Source: a bacterium (GTDB lineage Bacteria > SZUA-182 > DTGQ01 > JAFGSM01). Taken from it: a DNA stretch of 34,590 nucleotides. Position numbers and translations under genes: made by a program. Where the stretch lies: assembly GCA_049472355.1 (NCBI GenBank), contig JBLIRP010000037.1, positions 1 through 34,590 of the forward strand, read 5' to 3'. Of the stretch, positions 9,973 to 18,600 are shown piece after piece (the first letter of the stretch is position 1; each line of letters starts with the position of its first letter). The notes below the pieces were generated by a model. That model saw only the letters and a program-made list of their open reading frames with translations. It was not told where the DNA came from and searched no databases.

Positions 9973-11645
9973 TCCGCCACCGTATCCCCTGTTATGCCGG
10001 ATTGTATCGCCCGGAGCCGATCCCTATACACGACAATCTCCGAGGATGTCCTGAGGGAGGCGTCCCATTTCTCGATTGCCTCGTTGAATCGCTCATTCCA
10101 TAACCTCTTGTGCACCGATTCCCTTGCCATTTCAAACGGCACCAGGTCTCCGCCCCTCTTTCTCCTTACAAGAAAGATGCTGTGGCCCTTTTCCCATGAA
10201 ACAGGGCCGAACCGTTCCTCCTCCCCGGCCTGAATCAGCCTTTCCCGTATCGCAGGAGGAAAATGGATGACCGGCGACCAGTGCCTGCCGGATATCCTTT
10301 GCACACGAGGGTCCCTGCTCAGAAAATCGAAATCGGCACCGGCATCCAGCTCCGCCAAAATCCTCCCGGCCTCCTCTTCCAGCTCCACGCGGATCTCCTC
10401 AACCTTGACATATACCGGGGTGCTGAACAGATCCGGGTGTTCCCGGTAATAGGCCTCAAGCTCCTCATCCGTCAGCTTGATTGCAGGAATGATGATCTTT
10501 TCGAGGAATTTTTTGTAGAGGATGTTCTCGCGCAGGACCCTGATTGCCCTTTGGACATCGGGAAGATCCTCATACCCCCTCGTGAGTGCCTCCCGATCGA
10601 CAAGACGGCAGTCGATGAGGTACTGAATCCCGTTGTCTATGGCTTCTTTTCCTTCTTCAGGTGAGTCCCTTCCCTCATTCCCGGACTCCAGATAGGCAAT
10701 CAGCTCGCCAAGGCGGATTGCCTCACCATCGATATGCGCCACCGGACGATTAGGGTCGCTGTTCCCGGGCACCAAGGCATTCGGATCGACGGGCTCGACA
10801 GTGATCCGTGCGGTCTTCCTGAGTTCTTCAAGGTACGTCTCCTCGCGTTCATTTTGTCGTTCCTTGAGGAGCCTCCTCTTTATTCTTTCCTTCGTCTTTT
10901 CAAAGGAGCCCCGTGTGGGGGTATAGCGCACCGCCTCCTGATTCAGCAATTCCCTGTCGATGAGCCATTGAAGGGCATGCTCCCAGGCACAATGCCCCGG
11001 ACAATCGTTGAGTGCCAGGGAAAGGGATCGGCACGGGATCGTTGTCCCGTTGACCGTTGCAGCGGGGGCATTGGGATCGCATTTCCCCTCAGACTGAAAC
11101 ACGACATTGGGATCCACCTCTATGGTCGCCCTTTTCCGAAGTGATGATACATAGCGGATTGCCTGTTGATCCCGTTGATTCGGATCCAGGGGGAACCCCC
11201 GGGTTAATTTCTCGATCTCTTCTTTACGTGTATTCAAGAAGATCGAGTACTCCTCCCATGCCTCATCATCGCTGACCGATACCTTGTTGTCGATCTCCTC
11301 GGCGTGCAGGTGAAGAATGGCCTGCCTTTTCAGTTCCGCCTTCACCGACGCTTCAAGATGGGGGTCCGTATCGAGCCCCGCGCGGATCGCCTCCTGTATA
11401 AAAAGATGCCTCCTTACCAGCTTGTCGATAAAGCCTTCGAGATCCATCGGGCCCTTTTCCCCCCCATCCTTCGTCTTCAGATGAAGCGCCTCCAACTCCC
11501 GTTTAAACTCCCCGTGGGTGACAGGGGTGTTGTTCACCAGGGCCAGAGGGGTTTCATCGATCAATGCAGGCATACACCCGGCCACAAGAAGGATACACCA
11601 CAGTGCCGCAACCTTTGCGAAGTATGTTCCATAGCTTGAATTCAT
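9969..11645 (-). CDS. PpiC/SurA-type peptidyl-prolyl isomerase chaperone lipoprotein (OscH-like by position)
   Basis: Lipobox LVAG-C; repeated SurA-N-like segments (LALVNNTPVT, AATVNGTTI, VAHIDGEAI); C-terminal parvulin-like region (YYREHPDLF, AGADFDFLSR, GPVSWEKGHSIF). Confidence 0.85.
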   Translation of the reverse strand: MNSSYGTYFAKVAALWCILLVAGCMPALIDETPLALVNNTPVTHGEFKRELEALHLKTKDGGEKGPMDLEGFIDKLVRRHLFIQEAIRAGLDTDPHLEASVKAELKRQAILHLHAEEIDNKVSVSDDEAWEEYSIFLNTRKEEIEKLTRGFPLDPNQRDQQAIRYVSSLRKRATIEVDPNVVFQSEGKCDPNAPAATVNGTTIPCRSLSLALNDCPGHCAWEHALQWLIDRELLNQEAVRYTPTRGSFEKTKERIKRRLLKERQNEREETYLEELRKTARITVEPVDPNALVPGNSDPNRPVAHIDGEAIRLGELIAYLESGNEGRDSPEEGKEAIDNGIQYLIDCRLVDREALTRGYEDLPDVQRAIRVLRENILYKKFLEKIIIPAIKLTDEELEAYYREHPDLFSTPVYVKVEEIRVELEEEAGRILAELDAGADFDFLSRDPRVQRISGRHWSPVIHFPPAIRERLIQAGEEERFGPVSWEKGHSIFLVRRKRGGDLVPFEMARESVHKRLWNERFNEAIEKWDASLRTSSEIVVYRDRLRAIQSGITGDTVAE

Positions 11646-11788
11646 CGAGTATCTCCCGTTTTTTTTGCAGTATCCTCATCCGCTGCCCGCATGATTCGCA
11701 TGGTTCTCTCCACATTCGACCCATGTGCGTGAGACAGGTAGCCGAAAAGATACGGTATGATCACTATGCCGAATACAGCCCGTTGCAT
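11642..11788 (-). CDS. Small hypothetical protein (48 aa), possibly exported
   Basis: MQRAVFGIVIIPYLFGYLSHAHGSNVERTMRIMRAADEDTAKKTGDTR; starts 5 nt after the upstream stop and its TGA overlaps the PPIase ATG, filling the gap exactly. Confidence 0.35.
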   Translation of the reverse strand: MQRAVFGIVIIPYLFGYLSHAHGSNVERTMRIMRAADEDTAKKTGDTR

Positions 11789-11793
11789 ATGCC

Positions 11794-12408
11794 TCATGCC
11801 TCATCGGTGAACAAGACACGTATCAGGTTGTGCGCCAGACCCTGTGCAAGGGAAAAGGCACCCTGCCTTTCTCTATCACTCAGGAGGTATCCCCGTGCCG
11901 CGCCCTTTTCGTGAAACTCCCCGCGTGCCAGGATACGCCCTGTTCTGGTATCGAGAATGCTGCAACTTACGAAGATAACGGGGGGGGGCGTTTCCTTGTC
12001 CCTTCCATTGCCGGATGCTTCGGGGCCGTCCCCGTATTCGAAGACCGTACCCGTAATCACCGCATCGATCCTGAATTCCTTTCTCAATTCATGCAGGACG
12101 CCGATATCCACCGTTGAAACCGATGTCATGTGCCTTTGCAGGAGGAACTCCCTCAGATCACCATATTTTACAACCCGGAACCTGCCAAGGCCCACCACCT
12201 CCGCCATGAGCAGATTTGTTATGATGAGGCCGGCATTCACCTCGCTGCTCAGGTTACGCAATGGAAGAACGGCCACGGACCGTATTTCCGTACGGTATTT
12301 CGAATCCACATACCAATAATCCCTGGGACTGCGGATTCGGCAACCCCCAAGGAGGGCGGTGCAGAGGATGCCCACACACAGGATCATCAGGCGCCTATTG
12401 TGTTTCAT
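11794..12408 (-). CDS. CsgG/PelC/DUF799-like lipoprotein
   Basis: Lipobox LLGG-C; SVAVLPLRNLS, IDAVITGTVFEY and ILDTRTGRIL are typical of the CsgG/TolB-N/PelC fold. Confidence 0.8.
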   Translation of the reverse strand: MKHNRRLMILCVGILCTALLGGCRIRSPRDYWYVDSKYRTEIRSVAVLPLRNLSSEVNAGLIITNLLMAEVVGLGRFRVVKYGDLREFLLQRHMTSVSTVDIGVLHELRKEFRIDAVITGTVFEYGDGPEASGNGRDKETPPPVIFVSCSILDTRTGRILARGEFHEKGAARGYLLSDRERQGAFSLAQGLAHNLIRVLFTDEA

Positions 12409-13001
12409 GGATCATTCCCCCCACCCGCGTGCACAAGACCGACAGGGATCTGCGTAACCAGGGATCTCAGGGATTTGTCGATCAACGCGGCTGATTCGGT
12501 TATACGATCCCTGCCAAACCAACCATCACGCATGGTTCCGGACACCATAACATGGTTCATCCACAGGAGCGGGGTCCCTTCACCCGTGCCGATCATTTTC
12601 ATGATAAGGGCGATTTGTGGGTCAGGAGGCCCCTGATAGACACAGATCATACCAAGGATAATCGCATCCGCTTCCAGTTTTTTCCCGATCTCCGATGCCT
12701 CACGCGAGGTCAAAAAGCCGGTATGCCTGAGTCTCATCCGCAGGACGATCTCGTCCACCTCGTCGTAATTCGGGAGGCTGAACAGGTTCTTCATACTGTC
12801 ATACACGGGGCTCATCAGAGCATCTATCGCCAGAAAGCGTCCGCTCAGATTCTCAAAGGGAAGGATGGCCACCCGGGGCCTTGATTCGGGTGCTTCCGCC
12901 AGAATGGAAAGGGGGAGAAGCGTCAGCAATCCGACAAGGCCCAGGCAGAGAACCTTTGCGTAACATCCTTTCCCGAAGGGATCAACCATGATTCGATCCA
13001 T
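12405..13001 (-). CDS. CsgG/PelC/TolB-N-like exported protein
   Basis: Probable ATG at 13001 (TAATG overlap with the upstream stop); signal peptide; RVAILPFENLS, IGKKLEADAIILGMI. Confidence 0.8.
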   Translation of the reverse strand: MDRIMVDPFGKGCYAKVLCLGLVGLLTLLPLSILAEAPESRPRVAILPFENLSGRFLAIDALMSPVYDSMKNLFSLPNYDEVDEIVLRMRLRHTGFLTSREASEIGKKLEADAIILGMICVYQGPPDPQIALIMKMIGTGEGTPLLWMNHVMVSGTMRDGWFGRDRITESAALIDKSLRSLVTQIPVGLVHAGGGNDP

Positions 13002-13627
13002 TATTCGTATACCAGTGTATCCACAATATGCCGTGCCGCCTTCAAGGCGGTCTCGGAAAGCGTATCTTCGCCGATTCCCAGGATGCTGGGAAGCACCCGG
13101 CTTCCCTTTTCCGTATGGCTGACCGCCCAAATGATCGATCCGGTCTTGGGATCGACCATCCTAAGGGTCAAGGAGACCTCGGGATAGGAACCGGAACTGC
13201 TGCGGACGATACCGTATTCCTCCACGCTTCCCAGGATGATTCCTTGAATGCCGAGGGCCTGTCCGAGGTCCCTGGCTGCATCCCTGGTGATGGTCCCGGC
13301 CGGCTTTTGGTCCTGCGGTGCGAAGGAGGTCTGGTCGGATGCCGCCGATGTAATGCCCAAGGTGTTCATCACCCGTAATACCTCTCCAAGCTCGAGTACC
13401 TCAACCGCCTCGGACGCCAGGAGGGTGGTCACAAAGGTGTCCCATACCTTCTTGTCCGCAAACCTGTCCTGGGAGAGATTTTGAAAGGGGAGAACCGCCA
13501 CCTTTTTCACAAAACGGAAATTGGTATTCGGATTGACATACACCCTGTTGCCGGGTCGCATACAACCTGCTGCAGCACAGATAAGTAGAAACACAGAGAT
13601 GACGGTCGATGCATACCTTGTATTCAT
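13001..13627 (-). CDS. CsgG/PelC/DUF799-like lipoprotein
   Basis: Probable start MNTRY (13627, GGGAG just upstream); lipobox AAAG-C; KVAVLPFQNLS, LGQALGIQGIILGSVEEY, VSLTLRMVDPKTGSIIW. Confidence 0.85.
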   Translation of the reverse strand: MNTRYASTVISVFLLICAAAGCMRPGNRVYVNPNTNFRFVKKVAVLPFQNLSQDRFADKKVWDTFVTTLLASEAVEVLELGEVLRVMNTLGITSAASDQTSFAPQDQKPAGTITRDAARDLGQALGIQGIILGSVEEYGIVRSSSGSYPEVSLTLRMVDPKTGSIIWAVSHTEKGSRVLPSILGIGEDTLSETALKAARHIVDTLVYE

Positions 13628-13703
13628 GCTCCCACCATTCAATGACGTTGGACAATCGATGATGCCCGCTCGCATGTCCCTATAAAGAACAGGCATTCAC
13701 GTG

Positions 13704-13825
13704 TGATGAAGCCGTAAAAAGTCCGAGATCGCAAGATTTCCATCAATTTACACATAAATCCGGGTTCTCAATTACAGTACGGTCCTTAATTAGTGAGCGC
13801 TGCATTACTTTTTACGAGGCATTCA
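13704..13825. repeat. MITE/REP-like element with terminal inverted repeats
   Basis: Left tgatgaagcCGTAAAAAGT, right ACTTTTTACGaggcattca; the 10-bp cores at 13713-13722 and 13807-13816 are perfectly inverted; about 120 bp; non-coding. Confidence 0.65.
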
Positions 13826-13944
13826 AGTTATATAAATCGAAATAATTTAATATCGAAAAAGATACAATAAAGGTACAACAAATTTTATCATAATTTTAGT
13901 ATAATATTAAATGTACCATAAAGGGTTCCAACATTCTCCCGGCA

Positions 13945-15558
13945 TTAGAAGCGGATCGTAAATTGTGCCTTCATGAGTTGGTCCTCGGAAGGGGATTGAT
14001 ATCTCAGATCGAAACGAATCGTATCGGTGGCGGTGATGCTCAATTCCCCTGAAAAATACTCCCTTCTGTCCTGTGACCCTGATTGGTATCTCGTGTCGAT
14101 TTCCATTCTGGATGTCGGACGCCAGCTCAGGGTGCATTGATAACTCGTTCCTTCACCTTCGTAATAAACGGTGTAACCCGTGTCAAGAAAAAAGGTCAGG
14201 ACCGGCCGGTATATGAATCTGGTGTCCACACTCCCGGTGAAATAATGCTCATAGGCACTGCCACCCCTATCCTCGATCCATTCGGCCCTTTGTTTCAGTA
14301 CGGCCTTGAGACTCGGCAGCAGATTCATGTTCAGTTGTGCATCGATCCGCTCCTCATACCTCCGTGTGTTTGACACGAAATTTTCCCTTTGGACGTACCC
14401 CACATCCACGTCAAGATCCATACCCTGATGGATTCTTCCTGCACCCGTGAAAAGCACCGATCGTGTATGGGTCTGCCGGACCCCCATGCTCGCATCAGTG
14501 GAACTGCTCATCAGGATGGATGTGTTGATGGGATACAGCGGGGAGTTCGGATCAACGATCAGCCCCTTGATGGACGGCTCCAGTTTCAGTGAATAGGTCG
14601 TCAGCTCTCGCGGCCCGGGCGACTCGCTCTGGTCGTTCCTGCTGTAATTCATACCGAGGGTCGAGGGCAGATAGGGATACGGGTTCAGAAAGAAGCTCAG
14701 GTCGTGGGTCATGGTGGTTTCCCGTGTATCCGGTTTTTCCATAAAGTCACTGTCGATCTCCCCCCAGAAGATCCTGTACTCGGGCATCATCCACTCCACC
14801 GGATGGGCCGACAGGGTAAAATGGGCATTTTGTCTCCACGTATCCTTGTGAATGCCGTCTTCCTCCTTCTCCTTGCCCTGACTCAGCTCGTATCCTGTTC
14901 CCATATTCACCCGTTTATTGAACAGGGAGAATGTATTCCCGATCCTTCCGGTGTTCAATAAATGATACGCCGTATCCACCACGCACCCTGTTTCCTCTCG
15001 TTCCTGGTTAAAGGTATGGCTCAGGGTTACAAGCCCAATCCGTATGGCATAGTCCTCCCTCAAGGAAATGCGCGAATTCCTTGTTACCGGCTCTGTTTTC
15101 CCCGGTTGATCCCTCCGCTGCTCCTCGATCTGGAGGAGGACCTGCGGCAGGAATCGCGGCCGCCAATTGAGCCCTGCATAGGTCCTCTCGTTGGTGTAGG
15201 TCATCTCTTCCGTTCCAGCAGCGCCATCCTGTTCCTCGGTAATGGTATCCTCACTCCAGCCCAGGTTCAGATTCATCATCTCGTTCCCCAGCCTCATGTT
15301 CATGGATGGAAGCCATTGGGTACTTTCCCTGTCCGCCGTTCCCTCCCGTGTCTGCGATGTGAACTCGAATTTGAGACTGGCCTCGTAAAGCGGCTGCAAC
15401 CTTCTTGAAAGGATCAGGTCATAGGTCTGGGTAAACTCACTTGTTCGCCCGTCCTGTCTCCTTTTTTGCTCCCAGAGATAATCCACTGACCCTGTGAGCG
15501 CATGAACCGTTGTATATGAAACAAGGGTGATGAACATGCACAGGCCCGCGCCGATCAT
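13945..15558 (-). CDS. Large outer-membrane beta-barrel protein (porin or secretion channel of the cytochrome locus)
   Basis: Signal peptide ending VHA; alternating hydrophobic/polar strand pattern throughout; C-terminal Phe (KAQFTIRF). The true start may be ATA at 15582. Confidence 0.85.
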   Translation of the reverse strand: MIGAGLCMFITLVSYTTVHALTGSVDYLWEQKRRQDGRTSEFTQTYDLILSRRLQPLYEASLKFEFTSQTREGTADRESTQWLPSMNMRLGNEMMNLNLGWSEDTITEEQDGAAGTEEMTYTNERTYAGLNWRPRFLPQVLLQIEEQRRDQPGKTEPVTRNSRISLREDYAIRIGLVTLSHTFNQEREETGCVVDTAYHLLNTGRIGNTFSLFNKRVNMGTGYELSQGKEKEEDGIHKDTWRQNAHFTLSAHPVEWMMPEYRIFWGEIDSDFMEKPDTRETTMTHDLSFFLNPYPYLPSTLGMNYSRNDQSESPGPRELTTYSLKLEPSIKGLIVDPNSPLYPINTSILMSSSTDASMGVRQTHTRSVLFTGAGRIHQGMDLDVDVGYVQRENFVSNTRRYEERIDAQLNMNLLPSLKAVLKQRAEWIEDRGGSAYEHYFTGSVDTRFIYRPVLTFFLDTGYTVYYEGEGTSYQCTLSWRPTSRMEIDTRYQSGSQDRREYFSGELSITATDTIRFDLRYQSPSEDQLMKAQFTIRF

Positions 15559-15629
15559 ACAAAAACCCGGATGCTGTTTTATCGATGTCCCCTCCTTGAC
15601 CGGAAATCATCCCCGGCTTCCATGCGGTG

Positions 15630-18600
15630 TTATCGCGCCCATTTGATCTCCTCTAACTCCTCCCGGGTGGGGATCTTCGAGTTCACCCTCAGGGTGAACA
15701 GGGCCACTCCCGGGTCGTTTCCTGCCTGGTAGACCGCCGTCGCCTCTCCCATGAAATCAGTGATATCATCGATCTCCACAATCTTCCCGCCACCCCTTTC
15801 CACGTGCAGGGAGATTCCGGCACCCCTGGAGGGATTTCCGCGTATATCCGTCACCTTTATACGGAGTTTGCACCGGCTTGTGCCGTCGGCCGGTATGCGG
15901 CCGGGTTCCGCCGTCAGCAGGCACAACGCGGGCGCATCGCTTTTCTGAATGATATAGGTGTTCCCTTCAATATGCGCCGTCGTGTCAATCACCCGGATCT
16001 CAACGGTGCCGATATGTATCCCGGCAATGTAGGTCGCCTCTACCGTTCCCCCTTCATCGGTCATCCCTTCCTGGCGCACAAGACGTCCGTCACCCATGGA
16101 AATCGCAAAGACCACCCGGTGATCCCGGACGGACGCGCCTTCACGGGCGGTTATCCGGGCGGTGATCCTGGATGTGCTGACCCCGTCCGCTGTGAGCCAG
16201 TCGGGAGAAGCGATCACGGAGATGGCATATGCTCCATCCTTCAGCCTGAGCGGGGGGGGATACTGCTCAACCTGTGCCTGTGTCTCGATATACGAGGTGC
16301 AGAATCCTAATCCGGTGTCCCTGGTGATCCGGTCCCTCGCCCTGAAGATAACGGTCTTTGCGGCACATCCCGCCTGGTAATCGACCTCTGTGCGTCCGAA
16401 GTCATCCGTGGTATACGGATATTCCTCCCGTACCCTCCCGGTTCCTGAGGGAGGTGCCACCAAGGACCCTGCCTCGTTCGAGTTCACTGTGCCAAGGCCG
16501 ATCAATCCGGAATATTCGGAGGTGGTGAACATGGACAGTCCTATCTCCCTCCCCGCAACAGGCCGGCCCCTGGCATCGCTCACGGTAATCCTCACCCGGC
16601 ACCGGGAGGCATTGTCCGCCTTGATCTCCGCCGGTTGGGGCCTGATGTCGATCCTGCTTCCTGAATCAATGGTGATGGCATGGGAAGACCGGGAGGGTAT
16701 TGACCGTCTTCCTGTCGCACTGGTCAGACAGGCACACAGATGCCCCTGAATCAGGCGGTCACCGGGCTGTATGCGATATTCCCCTTCATATATGTCGGGC
16801 TCTTCCGGCCGAGGCAGCAGCGGGATGTCCCATTTGGGCGTGGCGATCACCCGCAGGTGGCCCTGACGGTCCACTGCTGCGACATATACGACAGCATCCG
16901 GGTCGAGCCTGATCCCGTCGGGAAGGAGGAACTGTCTCTCCCCCAGGCCGAGGCGGGTCAAAGGCTCGTTCTCATCGGACACCGACGGGGGTCGGGTCCC
17001 TCTATATACGGCGTAACCCGAGCAATCCGGATATTCGGATTCCCTGAATCCGGACCAGTCAATAACAATTCTGCGATGCTCATCACCGTATGCAGCCAGG
17101 TGAAAAACACCCGCGCATCCCGGGGTGCCCCTGACACGAACCCTCAAGACATCACCGGCGACCAGTCCCTCTTCCCCCCCTACCTGGAAGCTGTCTTCCG
17201 TCATTTCATATATCTCGGGCCCTTCATCCCCCGCACCCCTGACAACCGATACCCTCAAATCGGGCTCAAAGATTGAGGTGTTTCCCGATGCGTCGGTGAG
17301 CGTTCCCAGAATGGCCATCTGGTATCCCTCGTCACCATCCCGGAACACATAGGCGCCTTCATATTTTCCCCCTTCAAAGGATTCCTTCATTCCCACGTCC
17401 CTTATCCTGTTCCCGATGGAAAACCGGGCCGTGCATCCCGGTTCGCCGATCAGCAGCATGGAGATGCTCTCGCCGGGCCGCCATACGCCCATACCCCCGA
17501 TAAACCGCATCCCCATTATCGCAGGGCCGGAGGTGTCTGCGGGCACTTCGACCACGACTGCGTCGGAGGGGGCGGATTCGTTACCCGCCTCATCCACGGA
17601 CCCAATGGCATACCGGTATCTCATGCCGGGTGCTGTGGTGCGATCGGTGTATTCATGATCATCCCCCGGCAGGGTGATGGTGATCCCCCCGTCATCGGCA
17701 CGACCGGTATCCCGGTAGATCAGGTATCCGGCAATCTCCTTTTTTTCCGCCCCGTCCGTATTCCAATGGAGATATACCCCTCCGTCCGTATCGAGGGCCG
17801 TCTCAAGCCCCTGTGGTGGCGGAGGGGGCACGTTGTCGATCTTCAGGAGGGCAGGGGAGTCCATGGAGGTCTTCTCCCCGCCGGGGTCCCTCAGGTAACA
17901 GATGATCGGCGCCTCCGCTTCCTCGATGTCCCGGGGGACCGGGTATTCCCCTATGTACGTCCCGCTATTCCCCACCTCCTGCATGGGTATGCGGCTCGCG
18001 ATCCCCTGTATGGTGAAATAGGCATCCGCGCCGCTGCTTCCGGTGACGGTCACCACCATCTCCTGCCCGGCCCTGAGGGGCCTTTCCCCCTGGCTGAGGG
18101 ACACGGAGGAAATGAAGAGTCTCATGTACGCCACCCGGATCTCCCTGGGAAACCGGGCCTCATTTCCCATTCCGTCGACGGCCGCCACCGAATAGAGGTA
18201 GATGGTGCCCTTGCGCACCTCCGTGTCCTCATACACCGGCCACCGTAAAGGGGCCTCAGGGGTGAGGAGAACGGGGTCGCGTTCGTCTCCCTCTATGCGC
18301 CGGTAGAGGTGATATCCGGCAACCAGTTCGTCCGTGCATTCATCCCAGGAGAGAAAAACGCTCTCATCCTTCACCGTGGCGGAAAGTCCCTGTATTTCCT
18401 CCAGTGTCCTGAGCTGACCCGGGGTCAGGCTCACGGGGGTGGCGGATGCCTCCCTGGAGTAAGGACCCTGGTTTCCCGACATGTCCTCCACGGTAAGCAC
18501 ATAGTAGTAATTCTGCTCGGGCCGGATGTCGCCGTCCATATACCTGTTCATACAGTCAGGCTCCGAGGCCAGGAGCGTATACGGGCCCCCGGGGGTTTTG

